This document shows, one piece after another, positions 1 through 23,577 of a stretch of DNA of 64,000 nt (the first letter of the stretch is position 1; every line of letters starts with the position of its first letter). The translations under genes and the position numbers were made by a program. The DNA comes from Gordius albopunctatus. Taxonomy: Eukaryota. The DNA lies in NCBI GenBank assembly GCA_964276515.1, contig OZ193909.1:15066001-15130000 (forward strand), in the 5' to 3' direction. A model generated the notes under the pieces. That model ran no database searches. It saw only the letters and a list, made by a program, of their open reading frames with translations, and was not told the DNA's origin.

Positions 1-461
1 TTTTTCACATCTCTAACTTTCCCTCTCACAATAAAATTTAACATTGCGAGTGGGGGGCCTTGACCGTGATTTATTATAGTTTTTTTTCGTCGTAAATGAT
101 AATCTCCCCAACTTGGCACATACACTTATCATATCACTCGACCAGTCATGCATGACATACGATGAATACATTATAACAACAACACGGCAAGATTCCCCTG
201 CCATATGCTTCTCTATACTTTAGCGAGGGTCGCTACGCTATACTACCTGCTGCTGAGAGCAAAGGTAATTCAACGATGTGAAGCTATCCTCACTCAGTTT
301 GTATGTTAATGGTAGATGGATGACGAAGCAAACATAGTATAAACATAGTTTGTAATTATTTTATTCCAAAATTTGAATGTTTACCCAATGGGTCGAGAGG
401 TAAGAATTACAGAAATGAGATTATTCGTTTCCGGCCCGTATATACAAAAGTAACCTCTTTA

Positions 462-616
462 CACGGGCGTAGCCAGTGGGGGCTGCTGCCCCCTCTAAAT
501 TTAAAGACTTGCTGAAATTTATAAAAATTTTGGCAAAAATTACAAAAAATGATCATTTTGCCCCTTCCTAAATCATTATTGCCCCCCCTCTAATCCCAAT
601 GCTGGCAACGCCCATT
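462..616. mobile_element. hAT-type MITE, family A (TIR catgggcgtagccag)
   Basis: cacgggcgtagccag...ctggcaacgcccatt with the family-A body (gctgccccctctaaa...atcattttgcccc...ctctaatcccaatgctgg). TSD not preserved. Confidence 0.8.
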
Positions 617-2309
617 AAACTTTTCGTGAGAATCTTTAACAAGATTATATTAATTAGATCATCCCATTTGGGGCAAACAAATCTGGGAGACAATCCAAAA
701 TTTTGGCACGTTTTTAATTATCCTCTTTCACTGCGTCGCAATAGACATCATCCTAAAAGTGGTGGTCTTTGAAGTTTACCGCCAATTCGCTCGGTGAATA
801 CCGAATTGCTTCGTAGTAGTCCCCTTAATTCAAAAAGGGACCGGTTAAAATTTGGGGCGCATTTAATTTTATATGTCGGCACTCCTCCTTTGTAGTGATC
901 GGCTTTTAATTTAATGCCTGCTACTAGGTAAAACCCTCTCTTTTTAATAGTAATAAAACCGAAAAAGGCAACTCCAAGTCATAATTATGTGTGGCTAGGT
1001 ATTGCAAAAAATGTAATTGTAGTGTTAGTTTTAGATGCGCACCAATCTTGCTTAAATTGCTTGAAGTAGTGTTTTTAAAGTAAGAAAAGGTGGAAGGGCC
1101 AGCCCAAACCCAGCGCTACTTACTGCGTGCTGATTAAACTTAATGGGCGCTAAGCAAGCACATTATTTTACTTGTTGAGTTTATATGCGTAGGAAGGGAT
1201 GGAGAAATGGATATCAAGCAAGGGTTAAAAAGGGATACCGCCCCCATCTCATCATATGCCAGGCAGGCGGCTTTTGCAAGAAGATGAAAGAGGGTTCCAT
1301 AACGAAACATAACATCATTGTATTTTGTAGTAAGTAACGAAGGGTTGGAAAAGGTGTTTTTCATGCGCACGAGGCAATGCTACTTTCCGCTTCGCACTAG
1401 GGAAAATATCACCCTAGTTCCCCCTACCTACCCGTACCCACCCTAGCTTTAGCTAGTGCTGCTGACTTCCTCTCATCTAACACATATTTAGTTTAATAGC
1501 GCGATCAACCTAGTCTAGTGCTTATCCTAGCAAGCATTAATAAAACCCATGGACCGAGACCGTGTAAACTGATCTCGCCTCGCACATATTTATCCCCCCC
1601 CCCCCCCCATCTCACCCGCGTCCGTCTATAATAGCTTCTAGTGTAACTATCGTCGTCGTAGTGTTACAGAAATCGTTCGGAATATACTACATTAGATGGA
1701 ATAGTAGGAGGACATAGCATAGGTTGTTGAATTTTAACCTGCAACCCTCCTAACTTTTTACACGATGATCACGTAACACATATAAGTAAGAGCATAGTGA
1801 GTGAGTGAGTCTATGTAATATACCATTTCATTTATACACTTACAAGGGGGACTCTATTTACTTACCGCCACACATCTCCTTTTTAATATGCGAAATTATT
1901 GATTTTAACTTTTTACTCTTTTTCCCCCCGTTTCTCTCTGTGTATCAACCCCCTTTCGTTCCCTCATCATTTTCCATCATCATTCGTATTGAATCTCGAA
2001 AATACACCCATTCTTACCTGTAGCGCCTGAGCTTTAACTCACGTGTGTTATTTCAACGTTCGGGATAAATTTGGCCATATCAACAACATTTATAAATTCT
2101 GGTGACATCGGCCCGACCAAATTAATCATCTCCTTGTAAAAGAAAAAGGATGTGATTTTGATTAATGAGGTAAATTGGATGTTAATGATGCAAAATAAGC
2201 CGAGTTTCGTTGGGAGAAATAGTGGCGATGAAAACAAACAATTTCGATATTTCTCTTAAGACTCTCACAAAAGAATTCATATTTAGCTGCAATTTTTATA
2301 AGCCCGTCC

Positions 2310-12997
<10,688 letters not shown>

Positions 12998-14237
12998 ATT
13001 AGCTTCAACCATTCCTCAGCAGCTTCAAAGGGTGGAATTCAAGGGATTTCAGAGTGGAAAATGCCCAACTCCTAAGAATTTTATGCTGACAAAAATTTCT
13101 GGAGAAATAAATAAATTTAACAATTACAAATTTTTACAGCTTTCTTCGACAACACTATTAGCGCCGACAATGGCAGCGCGTGATAAAATAGGACTGCTTG
13201 TCTCTGGAGAAATATTGTTTGGTTGCCTCAAATGTAATATATAATTGAATGTTTTTCGACTCTTTTGATTTATTTCTAGCCACAAATATTAGACCCGTAA
13301 AATGTATAGCTAAAGCACATTCTTGAAATACTCACAAAAGACGCCCATTTTCTATGTTGGTTCAGTATTATGCAGGCACATCAACGAAATCCTCCTGATC
13401 CATGCATGACATCGTTCTTTATAAAATACCTTTATTTACAACGTCATTGTGGCGACGATATAATTACACAAACTCAGGTAGACGCGTTCATTTATATTTT
13501 AACAAAATTTATATATTTATTCTCGACTACATCCAATAATCCCCTCATCTTAGGTTTCTCATCTATACACCAATAAATTGTTCACATAATGCGATAAATA
13601 AAATTACAAAGATTAAATATGAAAAGTCGCACTTTACAAGTTCAATTACAGCACAGTTTAAACGCGACGTGGCTAAAATAAGGAAAGTAATAAATAAAAA
13701 ATTTACTTTAAAATACGTGTAATAAATTAATAATACTAATAAGCGCGGATTCATTTAAAATGAAATTTATCCAACGATTAAGCTATTTTCTTTCGCCGCC
13801 TCCTAAGGCCATATCTAGATTTAGGTCGTCTTTTTGGCCTCGATTTTTTTGCCATCTTTTGACTTTTTAACAAATTTTTCGTAACAAAAGCCTCATTCGC
13901 TATTCGTTCTACAACGAATGATGAACCTCGGGTGGTTGAGGGCATAACTAATTTTTCTACCAAAACTATGACATCTAAAGACTCCGAAGGACAATATTCT
14001 GTTTTGATTATGCGCCTTTGTTCCATCTTGATTTTTCTCTTCGATATTTTGTGCTACCAAAAATTTTAAAGTATAGCTAGCAGATGCATAAAAGGTATGA
14101 ATAAAAAAAGATTTCACTATTTACACGTTAATATCTAAGGTTTTGTGCAAAGTTTATTAATCGAAAGGAAAACAATCAAACGATATGAAAATGGCGATTA
14201 ATGAGTTAATTGTGAAAAAAAGCTTTCAAGCACTTTT

Positions 14238-15976
14238 TTATAAACATTCAAATTCCCAATTATTTGCATTGATATATGATGTTGAAGTTGCATTATGTAC
14301 ATTGTGAGTTGGTGATGACTGTATATTGCCTTTCTCCCCATAGGTAGTACAAATTGGAGACAGGAATGTGGGTAAGACAAATACATCTGAATACTTAATC
14401 TTTGAGCCAGATGTTTTGAGTGGGTCTATAAAATGCAATAAATTATATAATTATAAAGTATGAGCTTCAATCAAAAGTATTATATATAGAATAAAAAAGA
14501 AGGCATTTAAAAACTATAAATTATATATTAATTTGAATTTAAAATTTTATATAAAATTCCTTTTTTCCTACAAAATTAAGATATAAGGAATTAAAAATAA
14601 GAAGTTGTACAAATGACTATGCAAATATAGGTTAAAATGTTGTGGACAAAGATCTATTGATTAAAACTGTGTTGGGTTTGACAATCTCCATAATAATAAT
14701 TAATTTTTTTAAGTTTAGCAATATTATATGAGTTTTTAAAAGAAGCACATTTTAAAACCAAGTAAACGTAAGTGATGATAACTGGTAAATAATAAATATC
14801 AAATTAAAAAGTATTAAATATAATACTAAATGATCACAATACCTATGTGAATATGAAATGGAATCTGTTGATAACCAATGCTTTCATCATCAGACAATTT
14901 TTCTAAAAAATTATCAACATTATACAAATTAAGGTATTAATATAGTAATAAAAAATAGCTGAGCAAAATAGCTTGTTGCCAAAAAAGACTCAGCAAAAGC
15001 ATAAAAATTTTACCAATTTCATTTCCCACACTTATCATATCTGATGAAGATTCATCTTCATAGTCAAAAGGAGGTGTCTCAAAACATGCTCTTTCAATAG
15101 GATTATATGTATGTATATAAGGAGACAGCGTTGCTGTTTGAACTTTATCTAAGTAAAAGGTAGATTATAATTTTTCCATAACTCTCAATTGAATGTTAAG
15201 GGTATTTATATTTAGAAAATTAAAAATGGTAATGAATTTACCAGACATATTAGTTTGGCAGGATACATCATTGAAATTAAATTGCATTTTACCCATACGT
15301 CTTAAAGACTAAAAAATAATTAATCATTGGTATTCTTAAATACTTTTATTTCTTCTTCCTGTCTTTTTGTCCTACCTACATATATAAAATAAAGCAATTA
15401 TTTATAATGGTTACTTTCCAAGGCTTGTACCCGAAGTTTGAGTTTATGTTCACTTTAAAAAACTATTTAAATCAATTTAAAACAAAATTTACCTTTTTTC
15501 AGCATTATTTAATTTGATTAATGCTGCTCTAAATTGAACCATTTGAAACTAAACAAAAGAGGATTATAATTAGTTGATGATTTTATGTAAAGTAAAAGAT
15601 TTATTATCAGATGTTAGTATAAATATAAGGTATCCTTTTTATATATTTTTACCTCATTACTAGTAACTTTATTTTGAGCATTGCAGAATTCTTTTTCCAA
15701 TTTTTCATTTTTCTTTTAATGATTAAAATTAAAAATATTACGAATATATACTTGATGTAACTCTAATAAGGCGTCCAATAATTCTTTTATTACTTCTTCA
15801 TAAGATTCAAAACCTCTAAATTATGACTTACGTTTAAAGAGTGATCTAAATTACATTTCCCATTGTTTTGCAGCGTCTAACAAAAGATATGGAAGTTGTT
15901 CGTAAACCTTTGATATTGTGTCACCCTTCTCTTGATTTGAATCAGTTTCCTTATCATTTAGAAAACCGGGAAACAT
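14238..15976 (-). CDS. Uncharacterised multi-exon gene with coiled-coil N-half and acidic/Ser-rich C-half (~259 aa if started at 15976). Exons 15976(or 15876)-15855, 15815-15752, 15712-15653, 15548-15493, 15371-15344, 15308-15242, 15148-15014, 14902-14843, 14425-14238
   Basis: Eight GT-AG introns join in phase to give ...DAAKQWEIGFESYEEVIKELLDALLELHQKNEKLEKEFCNAQNKVTSNEFQMVQFRAALIKLNNAEKRTKRQEEEIKSLRRMGK...ETPPFDYEDESSSDM...EFECL*. No family recognised; the true start and last exon are uncertain. Confidence 0.7.
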
Positions 15977-15984
15977 GCTTAATA

Positions 15985-18900
15985 TGTATGTATGTATTTT
16001 TTTGTCCCGAAGACGCCCAAGAGCTTAGTAAGTGCAATCTAAGGTTGAGCCCCTTCTCACGCCAAATGGCGCATAAGGCCACGTTATTGCTAACGCGTGA
16101 TTTTATTCCTGTAACAAATGTATGTATTAGGCAGTGTAAATATGCATGATAATAAGTTAATGTACCTTAGGTGTGGGTTATTGTTAATAATTAAGCATTC
16201 GATTATGGGTAAGAATAAGGTCGTATTAGTGGAGGCGCAAAATATGGGTTTCCGAGAAATTTTTCCATGATTTTCTATCATGCATAATAGCTTGTAACGA
16301 GGTCCAATCTTTAGCAAGGGTTTGCATGTCGCGGAATACTTTGTACAGCCAACTATTATTGCACGTGCGACCCCTTAATAGAGGAGGACGCCAAAACAGG
16401 GAAGATAAACAATAATTAGTTTATTTTCTTCATACCTGATCGGCTAAAAAGCCCCATTTTCTGGTTGAAATTATATTCTTTATCGGAGGAATTTTACACC
16501 GAACCCACAGGTCTTCGTTTGATATTATGTCAGGATTGAAAATTCTACAAACTATCCGTAGCATTTTATTCACGTTGACTTGAAGTTTTCTTAGAGTAGG
16601 TGCTCTTAAAGACCAGGATTCACAACCATATAACAGAACTGTTAGGATCATTACTTTGAAGATCCTGAGTCATGTAGGGAGCGTCAAGTGGCGGGATCTC
16701 CATATGGCGGAACAAGAGTGAAATTTAACAAGGGTGCGTTGTAATTTTGACACCACATCTACTCCGGCATAGATGTCTGTTGTGAGGTCTACTCCTAGGT
16801 ATCGAACTTTGTGGGAAACATTAATAGGGTTGTTATTGATCAGTATCTTGTCCTCTGAGGGAACGTTTATTGTTATCATTGCACATTTGTCGGCATTTAT
16901 ATATAGTCCAGCTTGTTTTACCTGATCGGAGAATCTGTCAACCATAGATTGGGCCTTCTTTGTAGAGGTCGCCACCAGACATAAGTCGTCGGCTAAGATG
17001 AGTGAGGATAGCATAGTTCCGTTTAACGTAATGCCATCGGAGGCAAATATTGACCTTTTCATTATCAGATCTATCACTATAATAAAGAGAAGGGGAGACA
17101 ATGGGCAGCCTTGTCTGACTCCTGTCGTCACGAGAATTGGGTCTGATAGATGATGAAGGTGAGAAACAACTACCTTCATGTCTGCGTATATAAGAAAAAT
17201 GATTCTGATTATCTTCTTTGGTATTCCCAATAGGCATACGGACTCCCATATATATAGGTGCTGTACAGAGTCGATAGCTTTGGCTAAGTCTAAGAATACA
17301 AGGACAAGGGGGGTTTTGCTAGTACTGGAAATATCCATTATATTTCTTAGCGTGATAACATGTTCCGTGGTTGTGCGGCACCTCCTGAACCCCGCTTGAT
17401 TGTGTCTAAGTATATCATCTATCTGATTGTAGAGCCTATTGTATAATACTTTGATAAAGAGCTTTGATTCAAGGTTTATAATAGTCACTCCCCGATAGTT
17501 GTTTGGATCAGAAGGGTCTCCTTTCTTGAATAGTTTATTAAGGCGGCTTAAGGACCAGGAGTTTGGTAATTCCTCATTTTCCCAGACTTTGTAAAAAAGG
17601 TGGTATAGAAGTTTTCCGGATAGTTCAGAGTCCGCTTTAAGTGCTTCAGCAGTCATCCCTAACAGATCTGCTGCCTTATGTGATTTAAGAGTTTTGATCA
17701 TGCTAACAATCTCGGAGATGGATGGTGAGAGTGTGTCAATTGGGAGCGGCGGAGGTCCTTTGAAGTTCTTAATAAATTCTTTATGATATCCAGTACAGGG
17801 ACGGGAGAATGGGGGGATAGGATAGAACGGAAGTGGGCTTCCCAAGCTTTTGTCTGGTTTATAGAATCGTTAGAGTTGTTGTCTGATTTTATGTTATAGT
17901 GGGTGCGCTTAGCTAATGTATTGTATTTGAGGCTGTCAATAATTGTAAACAGGTGATGGCTATTGTTCGAACGTGCAGCTGATTCTGCCTCACTTTCTTT
18001 AGAATTGATGAATGTTATTTTGTCTTGTCGTATACTGGATTTGATACGCTTGCTAAGAGCAGACAAGAATGAGTGTTTGAACGGATTATCCTCTTTGCAA
18101 TGAAATATATTTGTCCTTGTCTATAACAGATCTAGTGTCTTTTGGGAAAACCATGTTTTCGTCTTGATGCGGGTTTTTTTCTTGGGTGGGTTCGCAAATA
18201 TCTTTGATAACTCAATGCTGTGTTCGTTGACTGAGAGCTTTGAGAGAACAGTGTCTTTAACTTTAAGGAGAAGATTATCTTTAAACTCCATATTGCCTGT
18301 TATGCCTTGAGGTCTTATTATTGGGTTTCTGTTTGTATAGGGTACATGTAGAGTGGCTGATTTTATTATCAGTTCTGCGGTAATCACATGGTGATCTGCA
18401 TTCACTGTAACGGGATCGTGAATTACTTGGAAGTTCTTGACAGTCTTAAAATGGCGTGTCCTACAGAGTATGTGGTAAATTTGACTTGTTCGAGAGGTAT
18501 TTGTACCATGGAAGGTAGCTAGCTGGTCACTGGGAAGTTGAGAAAAGGTGGAAGCGATTCGCCATCTAAATTCTTTACACCATTTTTTTAAGAAAATTCC
18601 ATTCCTATTATTGGAGCCCAACGTGCTTTGTCCGATTATGTTGGTGTCTTCCCGATCCGTAAGGGCAACAGAGGCATTGAGGTCTCCTATTATTATTGGC
18701 ACTGCCCTAGAAGTCAGATCCTTTGTTGCCTTTACAATAACTCCGAAAAATTCTTTAAGGATCTGTAGTTTGCATGATGCAGTTGGTGCATAAACATTTA
18801 TAATTAACACTGTGCGGGCACCCACTTTTAGATTTAGTATTATAATTCTATCGTTGACCCAATTGACGCTCAAAACAGAGAGACGCCTGTTTATCAGTGT

Positions 18901-19140
18901 GGAAACTCCTGAATCTGGGTTGTCGGTAACCCCGGAGTGATAAAGTTTGTAGTCGGGGTATGTATCCTTTCTTGGGGAAGGAATACGTGTTTGCTGTAGA
19001 CATAGAAAGTCTAGTTTATGTTTACGGGCCAACATGATCATTAGTTGTTGGTTTCCTTGTATCATTAGTGAGTTGATGTTTAATGATCCAATGTTTAATT
19101 TCATATTTGTTTATCTGATGCGATACGCAAGTAGCAAGGA
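15985..19140 (-). mobile_element. Near full-length RTE-like non-LTR retrotransposon (APE + RT), frameshifted
   Basis: APE ORF 18121-19104 (IGSLNINSL, LCLQQTR, INVYAPT, IIGDLNA, ADHH). RT ORF 16670-17845 (NQAGFR, FLDLAKAIDSV, GVRQGCPLSPLLF, LADD, YLG). C-terminal LLYGCESW ORF 16430-16651. No ORF1 seen. Boundaries approximate. Confidence 0.9.
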
Positions 19141-19162
19141 AGGTATATAGAAAGACTCGTTT

Positions 19163-19830
19163 CTAATTATGATAAGCAACAATCATTTTTTTACAAACTT
19201 ACATGTTGTTTTATTCCTTAAAGACTATCTAAGTCAACATTTTTAGCATTTTAAAAGCAAAAACCTAATTATGATAAGCAACAATCATTTTTTTACAAAC
19301 TTATATGTTGTTTTATTACTTAAAGACTATCTAAATCAACATTTTTAGCATTTTAAAAGCAAAAAACTTTCCTATTTCAAGCAACAATAATTTTTCATAT
19401 ACCTTTATGTTGTTTTATTACTTAAAGACAATCTATATCAACATTTGTAGCATTTTAAAAGCAAAAACAAAATTATTTTAAGCAATGGTCATTTTTCACA
19501 ACCTATATGTTGTTTTATTATTTAAAGGGAACTATCTAAATCAAATTTTTTAGCATTTTAAAAGCAAAAACCTATTATGTCAATCAACAATCATTTTTCA
19601 CAAATCTATATGTTGTTTTATTACTAAAAGGTAATTATCTAAATCAATTTTTTAAATATTTTTAAGGCAAAAACATAAATATGTCAGGCAACAATCATTT
19701 TACACAAACTTATACGTTTTTTACTTGAAAAGAACTATACAAATCAAAATTTTTAGCATTTTAAAAGCAACTCCCATATTATGTCTAGCAACAATCATTT
19801 TCACAGATATATTTATTGTTTTATTACTTG
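19163..19830. repeat. Tandem array, ~102-bp unit, about 6.5 diverging copies
   Basis: The unit ctaattatgataagcaacaatcatttt...ttagcattttaaaagcaaaaac starts at 19163 and 19265 and recurs about every 100-105 bp with increasing divergence. Confidence 0.9.
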
Positions 19831-21080
19831 GAAGAAGAGACACAGGGACAAGGATAGAATATCATGCAACATATAAATATAAGTCAAAAAGTTGTAAATG
19901 CTAAAAACTTTGAGAACAATATCAATGTATGCTATATACAAATAGAATGTAAACAAATAGTTTATTTACAATGTTAAAGTAACATTATTTCTGAACAAAC
20001 AACAATTTTTTATCATGCACTCTTTAAATTAGTGTCTTTCCATTATTTAAAAGGATTTGATATCTGACAAAAGAGTTTTCAAAGACAACATGTCACGTTC
20101 CTCCTCGTTTAAGCACTCACATATCTCAATATCTATGAATCATCTAATGTCTTATTGTGGGTGTTTCCTTACAAACCCTTTTCATAAAGATTATATTTTT
20201 ATAAAACTGCCATTTTTTTCCTTCTCCAGATCTTGTGCTAATATAGAACATTATAAAATATTATATAAAAAACTACACATATAATATAAGATTAAGATAT
20301 TAATAGGTTTGTGCGAATTTAGATAAGCCATTGCTATAATTATACAAATAATATAAGGTTATACACGATATTAAGCATTTTTTTCATATGTTATAGTTAA
20401 AATTACATTAGTTAAAATGATCATTTTAATTTGTTGATATAAAACTATATATTATTTAATTTACAATATTTTATCCTTAATAAAACTACTAAAGTACAAT
20501 TAAATTTACAATGACTCTTCATATGTTAACAATCGCATAAATATCAGTTCATTTGATATAAAACATTATACATGATCCTATATTATAAAAAATAAAACTA
20601 TATATTATTATATAGCAAACAAATATATTTTCATTTATTTATGATAAACTGCTCATATCTATAGTCCTGACAGGCAACTATTTAATATCAATACATTGTT
20701 ATTATAAAACCTTTACTATATAGTTAATTAATAGTATTTAATATTTTAATATTAAATGAAATTTGTACAAAATATAAATATTTTTCAATATTAATTTGAT
20801 GCTTCAGATATATTGTCTAATTTGTCAACCTAGTCTCGATGTTGTGTATGATTCATCAAAACATTCTCAATGTGGATTCAGTGCCATTGGACAAAAAAGC
20901 AAAAAACAAATAAATGTCTACGGAAATGCATGAATGTTTATGCGCACCTTATGATCATACATTTTATTTACATTAAATAAAGAGGTAAGACGATATAACA
21001 TAAATTCTATCATTGATGATCAAATATAAATATAAATGTAAAATTAAAAGGAATATGATAAAAAAATCGTTTATGTTGGG

Positions 21081-21510
21081 AATGTTAGTGATGACTATAT
21101 AAAATAAACTTAACTATATGTAGAAATTTTATGTTTATTCCTAATAATATACTTTTAATAGAATAGATGTAGTTATATAAATGACTAAGATTAACTGCTA
21201 TATTTTTGTTATATGGGTTAAAAGCATGAAAAATTTAAATAAGGTAAGACATGATAAATTTTAAACTTTTATTAAAATGTTAGTGATGCTGATGACTATA
21301 TAAAATAAACTTGACAATGTGTAAATATTTTGTTTATTCCTGATAATATACTTTTAATAGAATAGATGTAGTTATATAAATGACTAAGATTAACTGCTAT
21401 ATTTTTGTTATATGGGTTAAAAGTATGAAAAATTTAAATAAGGTAAGACATGATAAATTTTAAATTGTTATTAAAATGTTAGTGATGATTATATAAAATA
21501 AACTTGACAT
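21081..21510. repeat. Tandem duplication, ~199-bp unit, about 2.2 copies
   Basis: aatgttagtgatg...atataaaataaactt occurs three times; the intervening taatatacttttaatagaatagatgtag...ggtaagacatgataaattttaaa occurs twice almost identically. Confidence 0.9.
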
Positions 21511-21580
21511 AGTTTACATTCAAATTTTTAATAAGGTATATGTAATCTGCAAAATTTATTTATAAGAAGGTATGTTTTAT

Positions 21581-22054
21581 TTATATGTTATGTGATTGAA
21601 TATACAAATAGTTGGATATATTGTCAATATATTCATTAACATCAACTTCGTTAGAGAGGTATGAAGACAGTAAACGATTGATATTTGCATTAATATTATT
21701 GTATTTTCTACTGGCAACATGTACTTGTTTACCCTGGGAAATGTGTAAAAGATTTACATCTGTAACGCCCTGATGTTTTATAATATGAGTAATAAATTCG
21801 TAAATAGGAGGGTGGGCCCGACCAATTAGGCACTTAATACCATTGTGGAATCCCTCTAAATGATTATTGGTGCGCGGTCCAATAGCATTCACCCTTTGCC
21901 AAATTTCATAGGGGAAACTGGCGCTAGGTCCAACCCATACATCATTGACATATACAAAAAAGATCCTCATCTTTTGGTCAGCCATCACAAGAGGATCAAA
22001 AATGATAGCACTAAATATTCTCCGCACATCGGATTCCTTCAAGAAATAAAACAA
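21581..22054 (-). mobile_element. MULE (Mutator-like) transposase C-terminal fragment, 5'-truncated
   Basis: FL.E.DV...F..YV...W...IW...PRTNNHLEGFHN...HPPIYEFI is the characteristic C-terminal region of invertebrate MULE transposases. Confidence 0.8.
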
Positions 22055-22651
22055 TTTTGATCAATAAAAACCCCAACCCACCTTCAATGGAATAAAATAA
22101 ATCTGATTTATTTTTAATACAAAGTTCGAATTTCCAAGGTTAATTAAAATATGATCAAATAATTGTAAAAATACATTTGCGGATGATACTCGTGGTTTTG
22201 ATCCTTTCAACCTATAATACATATTTTTCTCTTTTATCTATTTTTACATTTTGTATGAATTCGATTTTATATCTATCAGTTTTTATAATGTCTATAATTT
22301 TAAATAAAATTTACAATTGTCCAAAATAGTTACTAAAGAGGCATCTATTGAAAATGGTGCTACTAAATTTAAATAGGTAAAAAAGTCCAATTAATAATCT
22401 CGACACTATTACTTGGAACTATACATAAGTCAGATGTTTAAATCCTCCACCCATATAAGAATTTACCTTGGATTTAAAGATTAAAAGATTGATATGGAAA
22501 GTGTGCTAGATCTCTTCAAATTTGAAAATATTTATAATTTAGTAAATTTTAGCCTAAATTATAACCAGATTTAGGCAAGGTTGAAGTTAGGCTAGTTGGC
22601 ACAAATGTGTCTCCTGATTAGGCCATTCAAATATCTAGACTAATAAACATA

Positions 22652-23577
22652 GGGGAGACCGGGGCTAGACGTTTATCTTTCTAATTATTTTTTAAAATAA
22701 TAATGATATTAAATCAAAATGTAAAACATATGTGTATTTTTCCATAAGGCATAAGTAAAAAATTTTTGTTTAGAAAAAATAAAATTTAAAATTTTTATTG
22801 AGAAAAAACGATTTTTTGGGGCTATTAGTAGCCTTTACAAATTTTTTATTTTGCACATAAAATTATTTTGGCTCAATATTTTGGATTGATTTAACTTTTA
22901 TCTTATAAAGGGAAATTTTTTATATAAAAACCGTCTAATTATTAAATTTTTATATGCAATATAACATCTTAAATTATTGATTGTTAAAAAAATAGTGGTC
23001 GGGGCTAGTCGGAGAGGGGCTAGTTCTAGCCATTTTTCCTTGTGAATACAAAATTTAAAAAACAAAAACTTGTTTAATAATTTAACTTAATGTAATTTGG
23101 AATAGAAATAGTTTATGATATACTTAAATAAACTATTAAAAGATGTTTTCCATTGCAGAATATGTCTTTTATGGGGTCTTAATTCAGATTGTCATCTTGA
23201 CCCTATTTTAATTTGTATTGTGTAAAATATAACCATATTACATTTGCATTCTCTATTTTTTTAAAAATAAAAAACAATTTTTTTTAATGATTTCAGGTAT
23301 CATACACTAATAAGAAGTAAAAACGTAAGGGTTAATCTATTTCCCGAGAGGGGCTATAACAAGCCCCGGGCCTTTTAAAATTTTTTAGAATTTTTCCTTT
23401 TTAAAACTTAATTTCTGAGAAAACTATTACTTTTTCCCATACAAATTTTTTTCCTGTATTAAAAATAGACCTTATACTTATAACTATGTTTAAACAAAAA
23501 ATTCGATATAATAATTTTTAGTTTTTTTTAAAAACGCGTTTTAATTTTTTTATGGCTATTTAGACCCCGGTCTCCCC
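22652..23577. mobile_element. Non-autonomous TIR element with TA TSD (Tc1/mariner-pogo-like)
   Basis: TA-ggggagaccgggg ... ccccggtctcccc-TA, with internal ggggcta...agcc repeats at ~22818, ~23000 and ~23351. No ORF. Confidence 0.85.

Noticed and set aside
16938..18793. Alternative-frame and antisense ORFs inside the LINE
   Set aside because: Shadow ORFs of the RTE coding region with no recognisable motifs.
19163..19830. CRISPR-like array
   Set aside because: Whole units are homologous with no unique spacers, the context is eukaryotic, and there are no cas genes.
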